Assembly: GCA_964057225.1 (NCBI GenBank)
Contig: OZ059899.1
Location: 5,456,001-5,520,000, forward strand
Reading direction: 5' to 3'
Length of the DNA: 64,000 bases
DNA from: Auanema rhodensis
Lineage: Eukaryota; Animalia; Nematoda
The position numbers and the translations under genes are program-made. Below are positions 53,953 through 64,000 of the stretch, one piece after another (within the stretch, counting starts at the first letter, position 1; each line of letters opens with the position of its first letter). The notes below the pieces were generated by a model. The model made no database searches. It was given only the letters and a program-made list of their open reading frames with translations, and was not told the DNA's origin.

Positions 53953-56900
53953 TTAATGAGCTTTCGAAAATGCTCCCAGCATTAGACTTCCTGACTTCCA
54001 ACGCTTTTGACCTCCGGTTGACGAGTGAATGCCTCGTGCTCGACGCGCCTGCTTGATGTCGTCAACAGAAGATTGACGTCGTGAATGTCTGTAAATATGT
54101 GATCATATGTGTGCATTCACCGTTTTTCTGTTTTTGATAATTTTTTTTGTAAATCTCATGACTTGTACAACATATTAAGAAAATTATCTTCATAAATATT
54201 TAAGATAGTAGTTGCAGCAAAACCCTATTGTTATATAATTTTGTAAAAATTTATTTAAGATTGATAACTTTCGATTCGTTTTTTTTTTATTTTCTTATCT
54301 TCATTGAAGAATAATGATAGAATTATATGTATTATTGGATTATTATCTGTATAGTTTTTGCAAAAGACTAAATAATGCATATGTTTTATTGGAGATTGAT
54401 ATAATAAAAGAAAAAAATATAAATGATATATCATTAGTATTTAACTTCTTCTTTTTTCTTTTTTCTTGTCTTATGAATTAATTTATTATTTTAAAAGTTT
54501 TGTCTAATATTTCCCTTCGTTTATCTTTTGACACATTATGCTCTGTTTGATTTTGGATATCATCATAATCTGAAACTTACTTTGGTTTAACATAGAGATG
54601 CTGAGCATGTTGCGATCCCATAGCAGCTGATGAACTACTCGGCGATAAAGTTTCATTTGAAGAAATCTGCAAAGATGTGATTCAAGACAAAAAAGAAACA
54701 GCTGCATCTTTAATAAAAAAAACTTCAAAAGCAACTTTTCAAAGACTTATATATACACTTTTCATTGTTTAGTTTTATTAAAAGTTTCGTACCACAATTT
54801 GAGGTGAAGATACACAACTTGGAGAAGTTGGAGAAGTAGGCTGTGAAGATGCCATTGATAACCTGTAAATACCATAATAGTACTGTATCTCAAAATTCTA
54901 ATATTATAAAAGTATGATATTGATCTGATTCATTATTCGCCTTATTCTCAAACAACTTATTTTAAAAAGAACTTATCGTTCTACATACGTCATTCATCAA
55001 GACAGACGACGACATCACGCCTGGCGTTGACATCAAGCTGCGAGTTGACGAAATGTTGAGATAGTTTGAAAATCAGCGAACAGGAAAAAGAAGAAGAATT
55101 TGCGAAATAGTGAGTGAGCCAGAGAAATAAAAAGAAAGAGAGAGAGAAGAAAAAAAGAGAGGATAAACGAGACATACGGACATGAATAGAATCACTTACT
55201 TAGCTACATTGAGTAGCAGCTGTCCTGTAGAAGTGATACCTTCGTTACCCCCAGTTATCACTAAATTCTTGGTCAAATCTAAACGTTGTCGTCGTTCAAT
55301 TTCCGCATTCTCTTCAGCAATAATTTCCATTGTTCTTCTGAAAAGTAAAGAATGTTCATAAAATATCCCAATAAATACATTTTTTAAGAATATGTTTCCC
55401 TTCTCCCATAATAATAATAATATGTTTTCTTTTTGCCTTTATTTTCACCGTCGGTGTTTTTTTCTCAATAGACATAATAAGGGACTTCATATCAGCCCAT
55501 CTCCGAAGAGTTAGTGCTCGAATCTTCTGTCCGGCTGATAGGAACTATGTTCTCAAGCAGAAAACGGGTTTCCGACACGTGGTCGACGACTGTATGAACT
55601 GATAGCCATTAGAAGATGAAATAATTGAAATGAGAGCGAATGAGAGATAGAGAACAAGAGAAGAAAATATTAAATGAATTAACCTGGAGAGAAAAGATAG
55701 AAAGCTATGATGGTTTGATCATCTGCGTAACATAGACGTCATACCAACAACCTGTTGATTTTATTACATATCAATTTTAATTTCGGACACTTTCACACAT
55801 ATTTTTAATTTTTTTTGGCAATATTTATGTTCCGTGATCTATTTTCGGCTATAATAATGTTATTTATGATATAATTATTACGTGATGTTTTAGAAAAATG
55901 TAAAATTTTTTATTTTTCATTTTTACTTTATCTCAATCCACCCCCTCCCTCCCCCCTCTTCACTCGTCAACCTTTGCATGTCTTGCAAGCATGACGGGTC
56001 TCTCAATTATTCGGCCCAATCTATTTTTTCTTCAGAAGAAACAGATAACAATGAGAATACACCAATGATGAATAGAGCGATGGTGTGATAGGAGAAGCAA
56101 GCGCGCTAGACAGGGAGAGAGAGAAAGAAAGAAAGATAGAGAAAAGGTTAGAAAGATAGTGAGAGATAGAATAGTACCCTGGTGGACATTTGAATTTTAT
56201 TTGAAATAAGCGTGCGAATATAATAAGACCACGTGAGTTATTCTGATCATGAACATCTATATGATATTCATGTGACATATCTATATATAGTTAGCTTCTA
56301 ATCAAATAAAGATTTGTACCGTAATGCAGCATTTTTACCACCAGCTGAGCCTGTTACCATCCATGCTTCTGAATTCATATTTGGCCTGAAGTAGAATACA
56401 TTTTACAAAACATATTGTATAATTATTGAATAACCGTAATGTTGATGTCCAATATGCTAAGAAAATCATTAATGGAATTGAAAATACCACAATCGGAAGA
56501 ATAGCAATATTCATGAATTCTGTCATAGAATCATATCGAGGATACTTTTCATAACTGATTATTGACCATCCAAGGCGATTTGCAATTTCTGTCAGATGTT
56601 TTGTCAGCATATCTAAATTGCATCATCATTCTGAGCTAGTTTATCGTTCACGTAGCTATGTAGATATAAAGATATCTCTTATTTTTAAATTTTCTATCAA
56701 TTTATCTTTGGTTCTGACTTGTTGGTCATTTTAGGATCATAACATGAAACATAAATGACTAATATACCTTAGCTTATTGAATAGTATAAAGAATAGTTGA
56801 TTCTATTGATAAACATTAAATTAACAAAGATAAAAATAGAAAAGAAACTAGTATAATCTATTTCTATAATAGTACATATGTGAAGCACATACGTTTTTTT

Positions 56901-58038
56901 TTGTCAAAACTTTCAAACAACAGATATGACAGTAATAGAAAACACGAGAGTCTTTGAAAAAGAAAGAAAGAGAGAAAAGAAAAAGAAGAGAGAATAGTGT
57001 ACCTGATATGACTGCTCGTGGTATAAGTGGTCTTTGTTGTTTATTAGCAGCATCTGTATTATGGGGCAAAATGATGTAAAATTTAATTTGTATTGCTCCA
57101 TATTCTCGGCGTGGGAAACCATCAAGCAAAACTATTTGTTCCGGATTAAATATTATTCTGAAAAAAATATTTGATCATGAAGCAATCTGTTACTTCTTTG
57201 AGCGTTCTTTGAGCTTTTTAAATGTTTCTTCCGATATTGCGTTCAACTTAAAACATTGCTTAATCTTTGTGGTCTGACCACCCCCTTTTTTGTATTTTTT
57301 CGTTAAAAAAATCTTAAAACAGGTAGAAGATGATGAAAAAGATTGACATACGGAGTTCTCATGTTGCAAGCTGTCGCATTGTGACAATATTTGGTAGTAA
57401 TTTTGGCCATCGTTCGACGAAATGGCGAGATGAGATCAGGTAATGGAGCGTCAACACAATACGCTACCCTAATACCAGAAGACCACTCAAACATCTCGAG
57501 TTCTGGAAGCATTGATCTTATCAAAATCATTTTTTTTGTGCTCATCTATCTTTCAATGAGATGAAAAAAGGATCAGATGATTGATCTTGTTCACACAGTT
57601 TTTGGTTCAATCATCTGTCATTTGTTTGAAGAATAGCGAGGTATTGACTTGAACTTTTTAGTTTCAATAATTTGAGTGCAGAAAGAATCGAATTCCCATT
57701 GTTTGAGCATGAAGGTTTCAACATTATTTTATTTAAAAGATACTTTTCAATTTTTAAAGATTATTAGTGGTTGTATAGATAAGAAGAAACACATTACAGC
57801 CTGCTTTCAAAAGTTGATACGTTTGTTGGGACTCTTTGTAGCTGATGAAGCTTGGGCACAAAATGTTATACTCAAGTTTCCTCTGTTCAATATTTTCTTT
57901 GTGTTTCAATTGTTGTTTTAGAGAAATTTAATTTCAAAAAAGTTGTTTACCCTGATAACTAGGATCTTCTTGATGACCGGCATAACAGAATATATATGGA
58001 ATATATAATAATAAGCCAAATATCAGAATAAAAAACAT
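53953..58038 (-). CDS. Type I single-pass membrane protein: signal peptide, Cys-containing ectodomain, TM, Ser-rich cytoplasmic tail
   Basis: In-frame exons MFFILIFGLLLYIPYIFCYAGHQEDPSYQ-ELEMFEWSSGIRVAYCVD...KYCHNATACNMRTP-IIFNPEQIVLLDGFPRREYG...-DMLTKHL...IAILPIVVFSIPLMIFLAYW-RPNMNSEAW...NAALR-RTMEIIAEEN...-LSMASSQPTSP-ISSNETLSP...-HSRRQSSVDD...GAFSKAH*. Confidence 0.82.
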
Positions 58039-61000
58039 GAACCAAATTCTATTCTGTAAAGGTTTTTAATTAATTATTAATCAGAAGCAAATAAAAGGTA
58101 AGAAGTAAATAAACAAAGATAATTTGTAGTTTAAAAATTGAATTTGAGACCAATAAGATCAAATCATTTTTGCCTGTCAAGCCAGAACATCATTTTTCAT
58201 TTTTGAACTTTTATATCACGAAAATGGCTAATAAAACATTTCAAGAATGATACTAAAAGATTATTAATAAATAAGAAAAATCATAAGATCATAAGAATAT
58301 CACGAGTCACACTACTATTGAGCTGAAAAGCATTATGTAATTGTAAAACATTATGCACATCTGGATGTATCATTGAATAATTGAAACCACTTTAAGCTTG
58401 TTGCACATATGTTTTGTGATTTGAAAATTAGACTATAAGATATAACATTGCAAAAAACGTTTTTTTTTATAGTTTTTGTCGCTTTCATCTTCAATGATTG
58501 GTCTTTCACATATCAATTTTCTATATAGTATTAATAATACGTTGACCTAACCCTACGAACTGACGTCAATCTATACTAAAATTTCATCAGACATAGTAAA
58601 ACAACTGATGCACTCTAATAGCTAATGAATGAGATGCCAGAAGGATAGCATCTCTATTTTGCTTCTTTTTACTAATTAAAGCCTTTTATGGTTCCAAAAG
58701 ACACTGATGCTACTGCTTTTAGTAAGATAAGATAATAGAAACGAGTTAAGACTATGTTGAAAAATAAGAAAAAGATTAGCTCTTGAACGAATTTCTTTTT
58801 CAAATTAGGAAAATGGGAAAAAATCGTGCCAGCTCAATTATAGTATGGATAACAAAGAAATAAATCAGCAAGTAAAGAATTTCTAAATAGAAAAATATTT
58901 TTTATAGTATATATAGAAATCTATACCACACATATTTTCGTGGGTACAGATGATTAGGGCGGCAATTTGATAGAGAACACCAGAGAGGAGATAGATGGAT
59001 CTAAGAATCATGAAGTCAGGCACTGGCTATTGTGCCTGCAGTGTCGGGTGCAAGTCAGGATAAGATGCTGTAGTTTAGAAGAAGAAGAACATGAGAGAAT
59101 ATGAGATAGATATTCTTCACTATCCGGTGGCAGGCGTCGAGAAACTTATCCTATATGCTTTGAATCTTAGAGTGAATAGAGAGAAAACGGACTAATTCTC
59201 CAAAACCTATCTTTCTCTCCTCAATGCTAGTGCTTTAACTTGAAATCGTTGTAAAAAAGAGCAGGTTCTTCTATCATTCTCTCTCTTCCCATATTTCAAT
59301 CTTGTTGATTATTTTCATTTTTTCCTCGGAGAAATATGAGATATCATCTCTTGACTTGTTTCCAACATATGTGCTATCATTGTTATACTTACTTTTGAAC
59401 TTAACCAATTAGTAATCAACTTGTCTATATATAAATATAGATTCTTAATATATAAAGTTACAAAACACCTATTAAATACTATAATGTTTCTGATACTCTG
59501 CAGAAAATAGACGCAGAGACCTTTCCATCTGTGTATTAACACACGTAAGCACTGAACCCGAGATGGGAGGAGGAGCCAACCAGACAACAAGAGAGAAGTG
59601 AAAGAGCGTGTCAGTCGCCTTCTCAGAGACCCTACTGATCACCAGCACAGCCAAATAGTCTCTGTACATAAATGATGATTGTTTGAAGCAGATTTTAAAA
59701 TTTTCAAAGCATAGGCCAGCTGATGACCATGGACGACCTCGGTCCGAATGTCAACTGTACCATTCTGCTTCTTCTCCTCTCACGTTGTAGTTTTGTATTA
59801 AGTGACCTTCTCAGCAATGTCTTTGTTTTCTCTTAATTTTTTATCATTTTTCTACACCGCTCTCTTTCCATTTCGCTATCTATTATTTTTTCAATTCCTC
59901 TTCATCATTTCTCTGTTTGCCTCGCTTCAAATTTCCACGTGATACGTGAGTTCGTCTACTGAGGCGCGCTTTTTTATTTCTATTTTTAAAATTCAAATCA
60001 GAGGTTGTCCAGTCACTGTTCTTTCTGCTCTCTTCCCCTTTCTTCGTTTTCTTTTTCTAGTTGCATGACAGTGTCGGCTCGTTTGTAAACTTATATAGAA
60101 GTCTTAACAATTTTACTTTTCTGCATAGGGTTAAGTTAAAGCACGTCAGGTTAGATGTCCGTTTCTTGTTTCTTAGCGTCCACTCTTCCAATTTGTCCTT
60201 GCCTTTAGATCCAGTTATCTCCCTTGCAAAGCAGAACACATCAAGGGTTGATTGCTTGGTTATAATGTCGTCACCTATTATTCACCCGTTTTCGTTGTAT
60301 CGATAATTTGTTAATTTCAAAAAGTACTTAGCACTGAGCAGTGTAATACCTACGTTATGGCGCTTTTAAAAAGCACCAAAAGTGAAGCAGTATGTCCCTC
60401 AGTTCTTTTCTTTATTCATCTTTTCATTTTTCCATCTCTCTCTAAACGTTTCTCTCATCTTCGCTCATCTGAAAGAAACACACGTTGCAAATAAAATCAT
60501 CACGGCATACACATACACACAGCTGTTCGTAGCGTTTGATTTTTTCTTTGGAAATGCCTATTTATTATATAAAGAAACGGCTGTTCATCCAGTTGTAGCC
60601 ATTTAAGTAGGACCATATCATTGCTTTTCAAACCTGTAGTTTCCTTGTTTCATCTGAAGTCAGTTTGCAAAGCGACCGCACTGTTCTGGTTACGTTGATT
60701 AAAAAGTGCAAAGCTTCTTTTGAACTTTGAACTTGTTCAAGCCATATGACTATTTTCTCAAAACTCGCAACTGTCTGCGCCTCCGCCTGGCTTTTACAAA
60801 TATTTAAAAAGTTTTTCATCAGTCAGCTACAACAGCAGCTTCACTTTGGTGTCTTAAACAAGCAGAAGCTGTGTTGCGGTTCATTCTACTGTCTAAGCAG
60901 GTTTAAAGGACTCCAAAGTTGAATTCACGAAGCCGTCAGAAATCTTGATGTCATTGTCATTATCCAAGGCGTTCGCTGATCAGTCATCATTCCAATTGTC

Positions 61001-62441
61001 TATTATCTCCTCCAGACTGTTTTCTGTGATTATTCGAGATCGTTCTATATCAAATATCGAAGACGTTTCTACTTATTATCAATCGTCCACATAATATGAT
61101 CTTACGATAATGATACCAGTATTTGAAGGATGAAGCCCAGCTGAACCTGAGTTAAATCAAGCCTACCTCCTGTTATTTATCTGTTAAATTATTTATTTGC
61201 ACAGCACTACTTGCTGCCAGCACACAGTCGTCAAACGATCACGTGATATATTACGAAGTTGTGATGAAATTCTCGTTTTTTCATTATTTTCGCTGATAAC
61301 GTCCTATTAGGTCAGTACTGGAGATTTTCGACTCCTTTGTCAATACACCACGACAGTACAAGTGCAAAGAGACAAATTAAAATTCGAAGAGTTCTTTGAG
61401 AGAAACGATATAAAACTATTCGGCTTTACTATAAGCAGTAATGTTAGCGCTCTACGAATTGTTCATATACGAGAGCAGTTTATGACCTAGGGTTTAATTA
61501 TTCTCAAGAGGGTAAAAACTTGGAGCAGAGCGAGAAGCGATTCTCTTATCTATCAGTATCATACTCTTCTCATATGGTCCTATGCTTTGATAAATAATAT
61601 ATTATCTTGCATCATGAGCGTTCAACAACGCGTCAGCTTTTTGCATCTATCTTCTCACAACTTTTTCGCATGATCAACTCTTGATTTTTGTGATTTGTGC
61701 GCAATCTGTGATAGGACTCTCGACCTCCCATTAAGCCCCACCCTCTTTTGCCTGTGCGTCGAATCTGTCCTACGATCTGTCTCGGACACAGTCGTCTTCT
61801 TCTTCTCTCGACCTTTTGTGTGCTCAAAGCGTGTGCGAGAGAGAGAGGAATAGGGCAACCATCACAGATCCACCTTTGTGCCACACAACAGGGTCAGCCG
61901 CTCCTGGTTCCCGCCTTCCGCACGTAAGAGAGGCTCCGATATACACGTGCTAGACTCAGTTTCTGTTGGGTCCAATCGCGTTGTTGCATCATCTTGCATC
62001 ATGCCCCACTCGCCTTTTGGTGGCCTGACAACAAGCGCCAATCCGTTCTCATTACGATCTTACCTCTTGTCCCAATTGGCGCTTGGTATAATTTAGTCAA
62101 ATATTTCCTCCTTAAAACATTTAGATCATTCAAGTTTCCTACATTTAAACATTCAGGTTCAAAAGTTAAAGCATTCTAGCTTCATCTTGCAATTTAAGCC
62201 CCCATTTTATGTTCTCAAGTACGCAATAAGCCGTTAGCCGTAACCCCGGGAAATTCCAATCAATTTTTTTCTTATTTCAAGTACGTAGTATGCACTTTAC
62301 GTCACTTTCATTGATCTTGATTATTTTGCCACCTCAAATTATTCAGTCTTGTCTTATCGACTTTGTTGCATACTCCTTTCTCTTAGATTGTATTTTAATT
62401 TTATGCTTATTACTCAAATTTCTTTTTAAGCTCTTTTAATA

Positions 62442-64000
62442 ATGATTGGTCGGTTTCTCTGTCGCCCTCTGGAAGCTTGCAAGCAAGCAATTCGTAGTGG
62501 ATCAATTTCCTCACGGTAAGCTGAAACCGGAAACAGTAATAATTTTTTCTTTAGTAGTCAGGATAGTGCTCTACCATGGAGTCCATCTGGGGATCCACAC
62601 ACTTCCTTCTACGCAAGTGACTTGTTAATTACCCCCGTTAACGAGAAGAAGATGAAGCCTACAGATGTATGCTTTGTACTTCCGTTTTTTTCTTTATTTA
62701 TGAATTCCTAGAATGACAATCTCGGTTTTGGCTTACTTTTTGCCGATTATATGTTGGATATTGACTGGAACTCCAAGTCTGGTTGGACTCGTCCCCATAT
62801 TAAGAAAATGGAAAATCTTTCCATTCACCCTGCTGCGAAGGTATTTTTTCTAATTTGCGTATCTGAAATACAATTATTTATAGTCACTTCACTATGCTGC
62901 CCAGCTCTTTGAAGGAATGAAGGCATACAGAGGTGTTGACGGAAGAGTTCGCCTGTTCCGACCAGACTTGAATATGGCTCGTATGAGAAGATCTGCTGCA
63001 CGGTGTGCTCTTCCCGACTTCAATGGTGACCAATTAATTGATATTATTGTTGAATTGGTAATTTTCCATAGTAATATTTGTATTATATATTTCCGAACAG
63101 GTACGACAAGATCTGGACTGGGTTCCATACTCTGAAGTTGGATCTCTCTACATTCGTCCTACATTGATTGGAACTGATTCTACTCTTGGTGTAGCTCAAT
63201 CCTTAGATGCCAAGTTATTTGTTTTAACAGGACCTGTTGGAGGCTATTTCGGAAAAGGAAATCAGGTATATTCAAATTTCTACTTCTATAAAGTATAATA
63301 AATAATTTTAGGCAGTCACTCTTCTTGCTGATTCCAAATGTATCCGTGCTTGGCCCGGAGGTGTTGGACAATACAAAATGGGATGCAACTACGCTCCTAC
63401 TGTGAGAGTATCTGCCAATGCTTTAAATAAAGGCTGTCAGCAAGTTTTATGGCTTAGCGAAGAAGAGCAATGGGTATACATTTGCTAAAATAAAAAAAAA
63501 GTTATTATTTAAAATTAGGTAACCGAGGCAGGAACTATGAATATATTTATGTTCTGGCGTAATGAGCAGGGAGAGAATGAATTGGTCACCCCATCCCTCA
63601 AGAGCGGTTTGATTTTCTTTTCTGCGCACTATTAAAATATATCTTTTTAGGTGCCATTCTTCCCGGTGTAACTCGCCAGTCCCTTTTGGATTTATCCAGA
63701 CAATGGGGTGAATTCCAAGTTGTCGAAAAAGATTTCACTATTAAGCAATTGAAACAGGCTGCTAAGGAAAATCGGGTAAGAAATGCTCTACTGCTATTGA
63801 CAGCTGATATCTGTCTCGAGTTAATTATTTAATTTTAAGGTATTTGAATTCTTCGGATGTGGTACAGCTGCTGTTGTAACACCCGTGGAAGGTATTTTAT
63901 ATGTTAACCATGAAACTCAACAAGAAGAAAGAATCTCTATCCCAACTATGAGTAGTCCATATGGAATAATGAAGAGGTATGTTAAATAAGTGTTAATGAT
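62442..64000 (+). CDS. bcat-1: Branched-chain amino acid aminotransferase, 3' end outside the window
   Basis: [50 protein letters not shown] (PLP lysine), [30 protein letters not shown]. Confidence 0.95.

Overview
This is AT-rich eukaryotic genomic DNA from a rhabditid (clade V-like) nematode, not a prokaryote. Genes are split by very short introns (about 40-55 nt), so the ORF track shows only exon fragments. I reconstructed about 23 spliced protein-coding genes by hand, plus one tRNA-Trp. Left to right: an unknown protein with tandem winged-helix/LOTUS-like domains and a CaaX tail (+); agmo-1 (+); a nuclear hormone receptor (-); a probable operon tim-1 > WDR55 > ZNHIT2 > mrpl-21 (-); orphan exons, tRNA-Trp and possible LTR-retroelement relics; a 4-TM protein (+); acbp-3 (-); suca-1 (+); a probable operon lap-1 > OTUD6B > ELMOD (+); a probable operon LAP1/LULL1-like > emc-2 > mys-2 > ARGLU1 (-), head-to-head with RPA34-like > snpn-1 (+); a secreted mucin-like protein (+); a single-pass membrane protein (-); and bcat-1 (+, runs off the window). 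Best leads: (1) a candidate nematode torsin activator (LAP1/LULL1-like, keeping the CD and SRI arginine-finger motifs); (2) an apparent poison-exon cassette in an unusually long ARGLU1 intron; (3) a candidate Pol I RPA34 subunit; (4) the prenylated LOTUS-like protein; (5) frequent AAG 3' splice sites and a required GC-AG intron in mys-2. All homology calls come from recognising motifs by eye; no searches were run, and exon boundaries are hand-inferred.
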